A stretch of DNA of 64,000 nucleotides, taken from Acidimicrobiia bacterium. Its GTDB lineage: Bacteria > Actinomycetota > Acidimicrobiia > Acidimicrobiales > Bin134. Below the pieces are notes generated by a model. The model saw only the letters and a list, made by a program, of their open reading frames with translations. It had not been told where the DNA came from and did not search any database. Below are positions 37,406 to 48,144 of this stretch, one piece after another (the stretch's first letter is position 1; each line of letters begins with the position of its first letter). The translations under genes and the position numbers were made by a program. The stretch is taken from NCBI GenBank assembly GCA_022822265.1, contig JAJECA010000047.1:1866-65865 (forward strand), given 5' to 3'.

Positions 37406-38392
37406 ATGCATATCGTTGCCGCCCCCGACAAGTTCCGGGGAACGGCCACGGCCGCTCAAGTTGCCGACGCCATAGCCCGGGCGTGCGGGCAGACCGGGGC
37501 CACCGTAGATGCAGTGCCCATGGCCGACGGGGGCGAGGGCACGCTGGAAGTGGTGGGGGGCGCCAACCGGTCGAGCATCGTGACCGGGCCATTGGGCGAC
37601 CCGGTGGAGGCCCCGTGGCGCCTGCACCGCCACACCGCGGTTATCGAGATGGCCCGGGCGTCGGGATTGGCGCTGGTGGGCGGGGCCGAGGGCAACGACC
37701 CGCTGGGAGCCACCACCTACGGCACGGGGGAGTTGATCGACGCCGCGGTGGAGCGGGGCGCTCGGCGGGTGCTGGTGGGGGTGGGGGGCTCGGCCACCAC
37801 CGACGGCGGTTTGGGCGCGCTGAGGGCGCTGTATCCCACTCAGCGACTGCGGGGGGTGGAGCTGGCCGTGGCCTGCGACGTGCGGACCCGCTTTGTGGAC
37901 GCCGCCGAGGTGTTCGGACCCCAGAAAGGGGCCACCCCGAGGCAGGTGGAGCTGCTGCGCCGGCGCTTGGAGCGGCTCTGCGGGGTGTATGCCGAGACCT
38001 ACGGGGTGGCGGTGGGCGACCTGGAGGGCTCGGGGGCGGCGGGCGGGCTGGCCGGCGGGCTGGCGTGCGTGGGGGCCGAGCTGTGCAACGGCTTCGAGCT
38101 GCTGGCCGAGGAGGTGGACCTGTACGGGCGCATCGAGCAGGCCGATTTGGTGGTGACCGGGGAGGGCGCGCTCGATGCCACCTCGCTGGAGGGCAAGGTG
38201 GTGGGCGGCGTGGCGGAGCTGGCTGCCTCTGCCGGAGTGCCGGTGCTGGCGGTGGTGGGCCGGGCCGACGGCACTGCGGCGCTGGCGTGTGGGGAGCTGG
38301 TCAGCCTCAGCGATCGGTTCGGCCCCGAGGCGGCCATGGCTGACACGGCCGATCTGGTGACCAAGGTGGTGCTGGACTACTTGGGGGGCTGA
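37406..38392 (+). CDS. glxK: Glycerate kinase
   Basis: MHIVAAPDKFRGTATAAQVA...PMADGGEGT. The ORF-track start 37049 is a run-on. Confidence 0.85.
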   Translation: MHIVAAPDKFRGTATAAQVADAIARACGQTGATVDAVPMADGGEGTLEVVGGANRSSIVTGPLGDPVEAPWRLHRHTAVIEMARASGLALVGGAEGNDPLGATTYGTGELIDAAVERGARRVLVGVGGSATTDGGLGALRALYPTQRLRGVELAVACDVRTRFVDAAEVFGPQKGATPRQVELLRRRLERLCGVYAETYGVAVGDLEGSGAAGGLAGGLACVGAELCNGFELLAEEVDLYGRIEQADLVVTGEGALDATSLEGKVVGGVAELAASAGVPVLAVVGRADGTAALACGELVSLSDRFGPEAAMADTADLVTKVVLDYLGG

Positions 38393-38440
38393 CCAGGTGC
38401 TGTCTCGACCACCCGCCCTGCGGGCGGCTCTGCGGGCGGC

Positions 38441-39337
38441 TCAGCGGGCCTGGCGGAAGTAGCCGGTTACCTCGACTAGGGGAGGGCGCTCCTGCATGGT
38501 GATCTCGGTGTCGCCGAAACCGGGACGCCGCACCGTGATCGCCGTGTTCACCAGGGTGCGGTCGGCCCGGTGCAGGGCCACCTGCATAACCTCGGTGGCC
38601 TGGGACGACAGCTCGTGCAGCGGGCGATTGCGGTGGACGCGGGTGCCCAAATCGACCTGGGCGATGGCGTTGTAGCCGGCCAGGCGCCACACGTCGATTA
38701 GCAGGCCCATTTCCACCCCGTACCCCTGCACGAAGGGCACCCGCTCCAGCACGTCGCGGCGCCCGGCGTACTCCCCGGCCAGCGGCTGGACGATGTCGCC
38801 CAGCTCGGGAAACAACAAGGCGATGAGCGGACGGGCCACCAGCTCGGTGGTGCGCCCTCCGCCTCGCTGGTCGGCCCCCACCGGGCGGTGGTAGAAGCCC
38901 TTGCAGTAGGAGATGGCGTCGTCCACCAGCAGCGGGCCCACAAGCCCGGAGACGAAGTGGGGGCCGAAGTTGGCCACGTCGGCGTCGCACCACACCACGA
39001 TGTCGCCGGTGGAGGCGAACAGCGATTTCCACAGCGTCTCGCCCTTGCCGGGCTGGTTGCCCAGGGGGGTGAGCACGTCGGCGCAGGCCACCACGGTGGC
39101 TCCGGCGTCTTTGGCCACCGCGGCGGTGTGGTCGGTGGAATGGTCGTCCATCACGATCAGCTCGTCGACCAAACCCACTTTGTCCATGAGCTCGTCTCGC
39201 ACCACCTCCACGATGGCGCCCACGGTGGCCTCCTCGTTGCGGGCCGGCAGGCAGACCGACACCGTGGTGCTCCCCTTTTGCACCGCCAGGTCGGCCGCGG
39301 AGAACTCCCCGGCGGAGAATTTCCGCCGCCCGATCAC
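38441..39337 (-). CDS. gpgS: Glucosyl-3-phosphoglycerate synthase
   Basis: VSVCLPARNEEATVG, ELIVMDDHSTD, GGGRTTELVARPL, GYGVEMGLLID, RVHRNRPL. Confidence 0.8.
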   Translation of the reverse strand: MIGRRKFSAGEFSAADLAVQKGSTTVSVCLPARNEEATVGAIVEVVRDELMDKVGLVDELIVMDDHSTDHTAAVAKDAGATVVACADVLTPLGNQPGKGETLWKSLFASTGDIVVWCDADVANFGPHFVSGLVGPLLVDDAISYCKGFYHRPVGADQRGGGRTTELVARPLIALLFPELGDIVQPLAGEYAGRRDVLERVPFVQGYGVEMGLLIDVWRLAGYNAIAQVDLGTRVHRNRPLHELSSQATEVMQVALHRADRTLVNTAITVRRPGFGDTEITMQERPPLVEVTGYFRQAR

Positions 39338-39394
39338 GCTGGTCCCCGATTCACGAGTCGTTTCCTGGGCTGCATCCGAATAGCATCATGGCCC

Positions 39395-39670
39395 ATGAGC
39401 GTGACTGTTCGGATACCGACCACCCTTCGCCCCCTGTCGGGAGGGGCCAGCGAGGTCACCGTTGAGGGCAGCACCGTCCGCGACGTGATCGCCTCGCTGG
39501 ACGCCACCCACCCCGGCTTCAAAGATCGCCTGATCGACGAGGCCGGCGGTCTGCACCGGTACGTGAATGTGTTCGTGGACGACGACGACGTGCGGTTTGC
39601 CGACGGCTTGGCCACGTCGGTTCCCGACGGCCAGACGGTGGCCATCGTGCCGGCGGTGGCCGGCGGCTGA
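39395..39670 (+). CDS. MoaD/ThiS/CysO-family small sulfur-carrier protein
   Basis: 91 aa. MSVTVRIPTTLRPL...VNVFVDDDDVR...GQTVAIVPAVAGG, ending in Gly-Gly. Confidence 0.75.
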   Translation: MSVTVRIPTTLRPLSGGASEVTVEGSTVRDVIASLDATHPGFKDRLIDEAGGLHRYVNVFVDDDDVRFADGLATSVPDGQTVAIVPAVAGG

Positions 39671-39737
39671 GCCTCGGGCGGCTCATCGGCTCTGCGCACC
39701 CCTTGAGTTTGGCGTTTTCCGCCCTCCTCGGTAACCT

Positions 39738-39764
39738 TTAGCAGTCTCATATCGAGAGTGCTAA
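39738..39764. promoter_or_regulatory. CIRCE operator (HrcA binding site) upstream of groEL
   Basis: TTAGCAGTC-N9-GAGTGCTAA against the consensus TTAGCACTC-N9-GAGTGCTAA, 73 nt before the groEL ATG. Confidence 0.85.
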
Positions 39765-41530
<1,766 letters not shown>

Positions 41531-41551
41531 CGGCGGCGGTAACGTCGCGGT

Positions 41552-42022
41552 ATGGCTGAGCTTCATCCGGCGTGTGCACCGCTGGCGTTCCTGCTGGGAA
41601 CGTGGCAGGGCGCGGGTACGGGGGTGTATCCCACCATCGAGGATTTCTCCTATGCCGAGGAGGTTTCCTTCACCCACGTGGGCAAGCCGTTCGTGGCCTA
41701 TGTGCAGAAGACCAAGGACGCGGGCACCGGTCTGCCCCTGCACTCCGAGGCCGGATTTCTGCGCCCCCAGCCCGACGGGCGCGTTGAATTGGTGCTGGCC
41801 CAGCCCTCGGGAGTAGCCGAGGTGCTGGAGGGCACCGTGGAGGGACGCGACATCCAGCTGTCCTCCACTGCGGTGCTGGGCACCGATTCGACCAAGCCGG
41901 TTGCCGCCACCGAGCGGCGGCTGTGGGTGGAAGGCGAGGTGCTGCACTCCTCGGTGGCCATGGCGGCCATGGGGCTGGATCTCCAGCACCACGTTGTATC
42001 CGAGATGTATCGCCTGTCATGA
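41552..42022 (+). CDS. Nitrobindin/FABP-like (THAP4-type) heme-binding beta-barrel protein
   Basis: LAFLLGTWQGAGTGVYPTIEDFSYAEEVSFTHVGKPFVAY...HSEAGFLR. Confidence 0.8.
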   Translation: MAELHPACAPLAFLLGTWQGAGTGVYPTIEDFSYAEEVSFTHVGKPFVAYVQKTKDAGTGLPLHSEAGFLRPQPDGRVELVLAQPSGVAEVLEGTVEGRDIQLSSTAVLGTDSTKPVAATERRLWVEGEVLHSSVAMAAMGLDLQHHVVSEMYRLS

Positions 42023-42813
42023 CCCGGGGGCGCTCCGAGCGGGTGCTGGTGCGCCATTGGGATGGGTCCGAGGAGCACCGGCGCCCCGACGAGCTGGTGG
42101 TGGAAGAGCCGCTCACCATCGAGCTCGACGCCGTGACGGTGACCACAACCATGCGCACTCCCGGCCACGATTTCGAGCTGGCCGCGGGGTTCTGCTTCAC
42201 CGAGGGGCTATTGGGGGACGCCTCTGTGACCTCCATCCGCTACTGCGCCAACGAGCCGGCCACCGACACCGAGTTCAACCTGGTCACGGTGGAAACCGAC
42301 GGCGCTCCTCCGCCCACCCCCCGTCTGGGCTTGACCACTTCGGCGTGCGGGCTGTGCGGGGCCGAGAGCATCGAGGCGCTGCAGGAGCGGCTGAGCCCCC
42401 TGCCCGCGGGCGGGCCGCCCATCTCGGCCGACTTGCTGGCCGCGGTGCCCGAGCGGGTGCGGGCCTTCCAAGACTTGTTCGGTACCACCGGGGGAGTGCA
42501 CGCGGCGGCCGCCTTCGGGGCCGACGGAGAGCCCACCCTGGTGCGAGAGGACATCGGCCGCCACAACGCGGTGGACAAGGTGGTGGGCCGAATGCTGCTC
42601 GACGACGCCCTGCCCGCCAGCGGCCTAGGGCTGTTTGTGAGCGGCCGGGCGTCGTTCGAGATGGTGCAGAAGGCATGGGCGGCCGGCTTCGGTGTGCTGG
42701 TGGCGGTGAGCGCCCCCTCGGCGCTGGCGGTGGAGACGGCCGCGGCGGCCGGGCTGTGCCTGGCCGGATTCGTGCGCGACGGCCAACTCAACTTCTACTC
42801 CCCGTCTGGATAA
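42019..42813 (+). CDS. fdhD: Formate dehydrogenase accessory sulfurtransferase FdhD
   Basis: TMRTPGHDFELAAGFCFTEG, SACGLCG, DIGRHNAVDK. ATGA overlap with the upstream gene. Confidence 0.9.
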   Translation: MTRGRSERVLVRHWDGSEEHRRPDELVVEEPLTIELDAVTVTTTMRTPGHDFELAAGFCFTEGLLGDASVTSIRYCANEPATDTEFNLVTVETDGAPPPTPRLGLTTSACGLCGAESIEALQERLSPLPAGGPPISADLLAAVPERVRAFQDLFGTTGGVHAAAAFGADGEPTLVREDIGRHNAVDKVVGRMLLDDALPASGLGLFVSGRASFEMVQKAWAAGFGVLVAVSAPSALAVETAAAAGLCLAGFVRDGQLNFYSPSG

Positions 42814-42824
42814 GAATCCTGGGC

Positions 42825-44462
42825 ATGCGCCCTCTGCCCAAGCTCACGCCCGAAAACGAGTTCTTCTGGACGGCGGGAGCCGACGGCGTGCTGCGCTTCC
42901 AGTACTGCGCAGCCAGCGACCGCTACCTCCATCCCCCCGGTGCGGTGTGCCCGGGTTGTGGAGAGCCGCCCGAGATCAGGGAGGTGTCGGGGCGGGCCAC
43001 GGTGGTGGGGGTGACCGTGAACTACCAGCCCTGGCTGCCCGACATGGAGGTGCCCTATGTGATCGGGCTGGTGGCCATCGAGGAGGACCCCTTGGTGCGG
43101 CTCACCACCCTCATCGTGGACGCCGAGCCCGAAGACGTGGTGATCGGCCTGCCGGTGTCGGTGCGCTTCGAGCAGCACAAGGACGTGTGGCTGCCAGTGT
43201 TCGCCCCCACCGGCGAGCCGCCGGTTGAGGCGGACGAGTACCCCGAGCCCGCCCCGGCGCCGGTGCGGGCCATGCCAGTTTCCGACAAGTTCGAGTCGAA
43301 GGTGGCCATCACCGGGATCGGGTTGTCGGAGGTGGGCCGGCGGCTGGGGCGCGATCCCATGGGCCTGGCGGTGGAGGCCTGCCAAGCGGCGGTGGCCGAC
43401 GCCGGGCTCACTATGGACGACATAGACGGCCTGTCCACCTATCCGGGGGGCACCGCCAAAGACGGCGGTCACTCCGAGGGCGGCATCTACCCGGTGGCCG
43501 ACGCCCTGGGCATCGCCCCCACCTGGTTCTGCGGCACGGGGGAGACCCCCGGCCAGAGCGGCGCGGTGGTCAACGCCATGCTGGCGGTGGCCTCTGGGCT
43601 GTGCCGCCACGTGCTGTGCTTTCGCACCGTTTGGGAGACCACGTCGATCGCCTGGGGCAACCGCCAGAACACCGGGGTGGGCGGGGGCGCCCGCATATCC
43701 GGAGAGATGGAGTGGCGGCTTCCCTATGGGGCCATGTCGGCGGGCAACTGGATCGCGCTTATGGCCAGCCACTACTTCCACCGCTACGGCGCCACCCGGG
43801 AGCAGCTGGGGTGGATTCCGGTGACCGAGCGGGCCGGCGCGGCCCACAACCCGGTGGCCATCTACCAGGAGCCGATGACCATCGACGACTACCTGGATGC
43901 CCGCATGATCACCACTCCGTTCGGCCTGTTCGACTGCGACGTGCCCTGCGACGGCTCCACCGCCCTGGTGGTGTCGGCGGTGGACGCCGCGTCCGACGGC
44001 CCCCACCGACCGGTGCTGGTGGAGGCGGTGGGCACCCAGATGCGCGAGCGGATGTCGTGGGACCAGGGAACGCTGCTGCACGAGCCGATGGTGGACGGAC
44101 CCTCGGCCCACCTGTGGAGCCGCACCGACTTGAAGCCCGCCGATGTGGACGTGGCTCTGTTGTACGACGGGTTCAGCTTCAATGCGCTGTCGTGGCTGGA
44201 GGGACTGGGGTTTTGCGGCAAAGGCGAGGGGGCGGCGTTCGTTGAGGGCGGCACCCGCATCGCCCGCGACGGGGAGATCCCACTCAACCCCCACGGAGGA
44301 CAGCTCTCGGCCGGACGGCTGCACGGCTACGGGTTCCTTCACGAGGCGGTTACCCAGCTCCGGGGCCACGGGGGCGGGCGGCAGGTGGACGGCGCCGAGG
44401 TGGCGGTGGTCAGCACCGGCGGAGGCCATCCCGGCGGGACGTTTATTTTTGTTAGGGGATGA
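42825..44462 (+). CDS. Fusion of a DUF35 (Zn-ribbon/OB-fold) domain with a thiolase-like (SCP-x/lipid-transfer type) domain
   Basis: N-terminal part: FFWTAGADGVLRFQYC...CPGCG...VIGLVAIEE...VRF. A Pro-rich linker follows. C-terminal part: VAITGIGLSEVGRR...DCDVPCDGSTALVV...NPHGGQLSAGRLHG. Confidence 0.8.
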   Translation: MRPLPKLTPENEFFWTAGADGVLRFQYCAASDRYLHPPGAVCPGCGEPPEIREVSGRATVVGVTVNYQPWLPDMEVPYVIGLVAIEEDPLVRLTTLIVDAEPEDVVIGLPVSVRFEQHKDVWLPVFAPTGEPPVEADEYPEPAPAPVRAMPVSDKFESKVAITGIGLSEVGRRLGRDPMGLAVEACQAAVADAGLTMDDIDGLSTYPGGTAKDGGHSEGGIYPVADALGIAPTWFCGTGETPGQSGAVVNAMLAVASGLCRHVLCFRTVWETTSIAWGNRQNTGVGGGARISGEMEWRLPYGAMSAGNWIALMASHYFHRYGATREQLGWIPVTERAGAAHNPVAIYQEPMTIDDYLDARMITTPFGLFDCDVPCDGSTALVVSAVDAASDGPHRPVLVEAVGTQMRERMSWDQGTLLHEPMVDGPSAHLWSRTDLKPADVDVALLYDGFSFNALSWLEGLGFCGKGEGAAFVEGGTRIARDGEIPLNPHGGQLSAGRLHGYGFLHEAVTQLRGHGGGRQVDGAEVAVVSTGGGHPGGTFIFVRG

Positions 44463-44508
44463 ACTGGCCTCTTCGTCGGGGGCTGATCCGGTCTGCTAGA
44501 AGTGGGCC

Positions 44509-44808
44509 ATGGCTGCTTACATCATCGTCAACTATCAGGTGGACAACCCCGAGCTGTACGGGGAGTACATGCAGGGCGCGGCGGGTGCTCTGGGCATCGG
44601 CGACGGCGCCGAGCTGGTTGCCTTCGACACAGAGTCGGAGGTGGTCGAGGGCGATACCGCTGGCCACCAGACGGTAGTGATCAAGTTCGACTCCAAGGAG
44701 AAGGCCCGCGAGGTGTGGGAGTCGGACGCCTACAAGGCGGTGGTGGGCAAGCGCCACGACGCCACCAGCCGCCATTTCGCCGTGCTGGTGAACGGCTTCG
44801 GCGACTGA
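44509..44808 (+). CDS. DUF1330 domain protein
   Basis: MAAYIIVNYQVDNPELYGEYMQGA...VVIKFDSKEKAREVWESDAYK. Confidence 0.75.
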   Translation: MAAYIIVNYQVDNPELYGEYMQGAAGALGIGDGAELVAFDTESEVVEGDTAGHQTVVIKFDSKEKAREVWESDAYKAVVGKRHDATSRHFAVLVNGFGD

Positions 44809-44815
44809 TTTCGCC

Positions 44816-46054
44816 ATGACCGGGCCATGGCGCCAAGCCGCGGCCGTCGCTATGGCCGCGGCCCTGCTGGCGGCCTCCTGCGGCGGCTCGGGCGGGGATG
44901 AATCCGGTGGCGCCGGCTCGGGCAGCGGTGGAGCATCCGGCCCCGACTCGGAGCTGGTCATCGGGCGGGTGTTGCCGGAAACGGGAACGCTGGCCGCCAT
45001 CGGCGGGCCGATCATCGCCGGAGTGGATCTGGGGGTGGCAGATGTGGTGGCCGCCGGCGGCCGGGTTCGCCTGCTCAAAGGGGACTCGGGCACCGATCCC
45101 GATGTGGCGTCGGAGACGGTCAACCGCCTGCTGGGAGAGGGCGCCCAAGCCATCATTGGCGCGGCGGCCTCGGGAGTGTCACAGGCGATCATCCAAACTC
45201 TGTACGACGCCCAGATTCCCCAGTGCGCGGCGTCCAATACGTCGCCCTCTTTCTCCACTCAGGACAACGCCGAGTACTACTTCCGCACGGTGACCACCAG
45301 CCATGCCGAAGCCCCGGTCATGGCCAACAGCCTGGCGGCCGGCGGGGCCACATTTGCTGCTGTTGTGGCCCGATCTGACGACTACGGAAACGCGCTGGCC
45401 CGCCTTCTCGTCGAAGAACTGAACAAGCTGGGGATTGCCGCCGAGATCGTGTCGTATTCCCCCGATGCCCCCAACTTCGATGCCACGGTTCAGGAAGTGC
45501 TGGCCAAGGGAGTCGATTCGGTGGGCCTGATCGCCTTCGAAGAGGGGATCGCCATTCTCCGGGGATTCCTGGAATCTGGCATCCCCCCTCGGGCGGTGCA
45601 TGTTGCGGCCGGGCTCTACGACGTGACGTTGGCCGAGAGGGTCAACCCCTCAGATCCGACGGTGTTGGACGGACTGCGGATCCACGTGCCCTCTGGGGAT
45701 GATGCGTTCAACCAGCGAGTGCAGGAGCTGACCCACGGAAACGTGAGCTTTGGTGGACAGGCATACGACTGCGTGGTGGTGTTGTCGCTGGCCTATCTGG
45801 CCGCGGGATCGGCCTCGGGACCCGACTTTGTTGCGGCGGTTTCCGGGTTGACCCGAGACGGTCAGAAGTGCTTTTCGTACGCCGAGTGCGCCGAGCTGCT
45901 GGCCTCCGGCGTGGACATCGACTACGACGGGGTCTCTGGGCCGCTGGAACTTGACGAGGTGGGCGATCCCACCGTGGGCCGGTATCTGGTGAGCGAGGTG
46001 CGCGGTGGCGAGCTTGTCGTGGTGCAGACCACCGATTGGTCTGTGGACCGATAA
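44816..46054 (+). CDS. LivJ-type (Peripla_BP_6) ABC substrate-binding lipoprotein, module A
   Basis: Lipobox LLAASC. ELVIGRVLPETGTLAAIGG, GDSGTDPDVASETVNRLLGEGAQAIIGAAASG, YYFRT. Confidence 0.85.
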   Translation: MTGPWRQAAAVAMAAALLAASCGGSGGDESGGAGSGSGGASGPDSELVIGRVLPETGTLAAIGGPIIAGVDLGVADVVAAGGRVRLLKGDSGTDPDVASETVNRLLGEGAQAIIGAAASGVSQAIIQTLYDAQIPQCAASNTSPSFSTQDNAEYYFRTVTTSHAEAPVMANSLAAGGATFAAVVARSDDYGNALARLLVEELNKLGIAAEIVSYSPDAPNFDATVQEVLAKGVDSVGLIAFEEGIAILRGFLESGIPPRAVHVAAGLYDVTLAERVNPSDPTVLDGLRIHVPSGDDAFNQRVQELTHGNVSFGGQAYDCVVVLSLAYLAAGSASGPDFVAAVSGLTRDGQKCFSYAECAELLASGVDIDYDGVSGPLELDEVGDPTVGRYLVSEVRGGELVVVQTTDWSVDR

Positions 46055-46075
46055 CGCGGCGGTAAGGTCGGGACA

Positions 46076-46768
46076 ATGAGCGATCCGGTAGAGCCCTCGG
46101 TCGGGATCGGGGTCGTCCATCTGTTCGGCAAGCTCGGCCCGACTGACGACCGCTCCCAGCAGAAGCGAGACATCAAACAGGCCGTCGAGAACGCCGAGCT
46201 CGTGGGAGTCCAGGTGGTGACGGTGGCCGTGCTCGGCCACAAGGCCGACATCGGGTTCATGGCCCTGCACGCCGACCTCTGGGAACTGCGGGACTTTCAG
46301 ACCGCCCTGAGCCAAGCAGGGCTCGACATCGTGGACTCCTACGTGTCGCTCACCGAGCTGTCGGAGTACGCCGTCGGGCTGCCCGAGGAGACCAAGCAGG
46401 CCCGGCTGTATCCCCAGCTGCCTCCCGAGGGCAAGCCGGCATGGTGCTTTTATCCCATGTCCAAGCGCCGCAACCCCGACCAGAACTGGTACGAGCTGCC
46501 CTTCGAGCGCCGCCGAGAGCTCATGTACGAGCATGGGGCCACCGGCCGCACTTTCGCCGGGCGGGTGCTCCAGCTCATCACCGGCTCTACCGGCATCGAC
46601 GACTACGAGTGGGGGGTGACCCTGTTCTGCGAGCACCCCGACGACCTGAAAGAGGTGGTGTACACCATGCGCTACGACGTGGCGTCGGCCCGCTACGCCG
46701 AGTTCGGCCCCTTCTATACCGGAATGGTGGCCCCGGTGAAGACCGTCCTCGACCGACTGGCAAAGTAA
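46076..46768 (+). CDS. hemQ: Coproheme decarboxylase / chlorite-dismutase-family heme synthase (HemQ/ChdC)
   Basis: WCFYPMSKRRNPDQNWYELPFERRRELMYEHG...YEWGVTLF. Confidence 0.88.
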   Translation: MSDPVEPSVGIGVVHLFGKLGPTDDRSQQKRDIKQAVENAELVGVQVVTVAVLGHKADIGFMALHADLWELRDFQTALSQAGLDIVDSYVSLTELSEYAVGLPEETKQARLYPQLPPEGKPAWCFYPMSKRRNPDQNWYELPFERRRELMYEHGATGRTFAGRVLQLITGSTGIDDYEWGVTLFCEHPDDLKEVVYTMRYDVASARYAEFGPFYTGMVAPVKTVLDRLAK

Positions 46769-46807
46769 TAGCTTAAATTTTCGAACTCTCGTGAAAGGCT
46801 TCTGGGC

Positions 46808-48037
46808 ATGAGGAGAGCTCGCCGGTTCTGGGCAGTTGTCATAGTGGCGCTGATTGCCGCCGGGTGCGGAAATGACGACGACGGAGGTGATGCCAGATCG
46901 CCGGCTGCGCCAGCGCCAGGCGATGCCGAGCTGGTGATCGGCTCGGTGATGCCCGAGACGGGGTCGCTGGCGTTGTTTGGCCCGGCGATGATCGTGAGCA
47001 TCGACCTAGCGGTCCAAGACATCCAGGCTGCGGGCGGGAACGTACGTCTTTTGACCGGTGATTCGGCCACCGATCCCGACGTAGCTCCTGAAACCGTCAA
47101 TCGGCTCTTAGGCGAGGGTGCTCGGGTGATCGTGGGGGCATCGGCATCGGGGGTGTCGCAATCTTTCATCCAGACCCTCTATGACGCCCAGATTCCCCAA
47201 TGCTCGCCGTCGAACACTTCAACATCGTTCTCAACCCAGGAGAACGCCGCCTACTACTTCCGAACGGTGCCACCCACCCAAGCGGCCGCGTTGATCTTGG
47301 CCGACATGGTGGCGGGAGAGGGTGCCACCAACGTGGCGTTGCCCACCCGAGCTGACGACTGGGGCAATTCCCTGGCCGCCCTGCTGGTGCAGAGCTTCGA
47401 TGCGTTGGGAGTGGAGAGTCGGATCATCGCCTATGACGAGGACGCCGCCAGCTTCGATGCCACCGTGGCAGCAATTGAGGATATGAGAGCGGATGCAGTG
47501 GTGCTCATCTCCTTCGCAGAGGGGGCGCAGATCATCAGGGGTCTGCTGGAGGCAGGAGTGCCCCCAACCGCCATTTACGGCAGCGACGGAATCTACGCAC
47601 CGAATCTGAACGAGTTGGTGGACCCAACCAACCCCAGCGTTATTGACGGGTTCAAAGCGATCACCGTGGGAGGCGGAGAAGAGTTCAACCTGCGCCTCGC
47701 GCCCCTTACTGGCGGCAATGTGCTCTACGGCGCCCAGGCCTACGACTGCGTGGCGGTGCTGGCTCTCGCGTCGCTGGCCGCCGGCTCCACCGATGGTGCC
47801 GACATCATCGGGCAGGTGCAGGCGGTGACAACCGGCGGTGAGAAGTGCTCCGACTACCGCGGTTGCGCCGACCTTATGGCCGACGGGGTGGACGTCGACT
47901 ACGACGGAGTCTCCGGTCCGCTGGAGCTCGACGAGGTGGGCGATCCCCGCTACGGTAAGTATGTCGTCGCCGAGTTCATCGACGGAGAATTCGTTGTGAT
48001 CGGTACCCGAGACGCCGACCTCGCTGCGGTGGGCTGA
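46808..48037 (+). CDS. LivJ-type ABC substrate-binding lipoprotein, module B
   Basis: Lipobox LIAAGC. ELVIGSVMPETGSLALFG, GDSATDPDVAPETVNRLLGEGARVIVGASASG. Confidence 0.85.
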   Translation: MRRARRFWAVVIVALIAAGCGNDDDGGDARSPAAPAPGDAELVIGSVMPETGSLALFGPAMIVSIDLAVQDIQAAGGNVRLLTGDSATDPDVAPETVNRLLGEGARVIVGASASGVSQSFIQTLYDAQIPQCSPSNTSTSFSTQENAAYYFRTVPPTQAAALILADMVAGEGATNVALPTRADDWGNSLAALLVQSFDALGVESRIIAYDEDAASFDATVAAIEDMRADAVVLISFAEGAQIIRGLLEAGVPPTAIYGSDGIYAPNLNELVDPTNPSVIDGFKAITVGGGEEFNLRLAPLTGGNVLYGAQAYDCVAVLALASLAAGSTDGADIIGQVQAVTTGGEKCSDYRGCADLMADGVDVDYDGVSGPLELDEVGDPRYGKYVVAEFIDGEFVVIGTRDADLAAVG

Positions 48038-48144
48038 ACCCGGCCCCTAAACGCGGGATAGAGGCACCGAATAAGGCGGTTCTTGATCTGCTTTTGTAGC
48101 GTGAAGGGTCGAAACCGGTACTCATCTCAGTGCAGGAGGGGAAA

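Noticed and set aside
41901-44462. Apparent giant ORFs in the track: 853 aa at 41901-44462, 963 aa at 26904-29795, 538 aa at 29657-31273, 447 aa at 37049-38392, and 552 aa at 39804-41462.
   Set aside because: These are N-terminal run-ons into upstream genes or spacers. In each case the recognisable protein begins at an internal ATG or GTG placed just after, or overlapping, the previous gene's stop. I used those internal starts.
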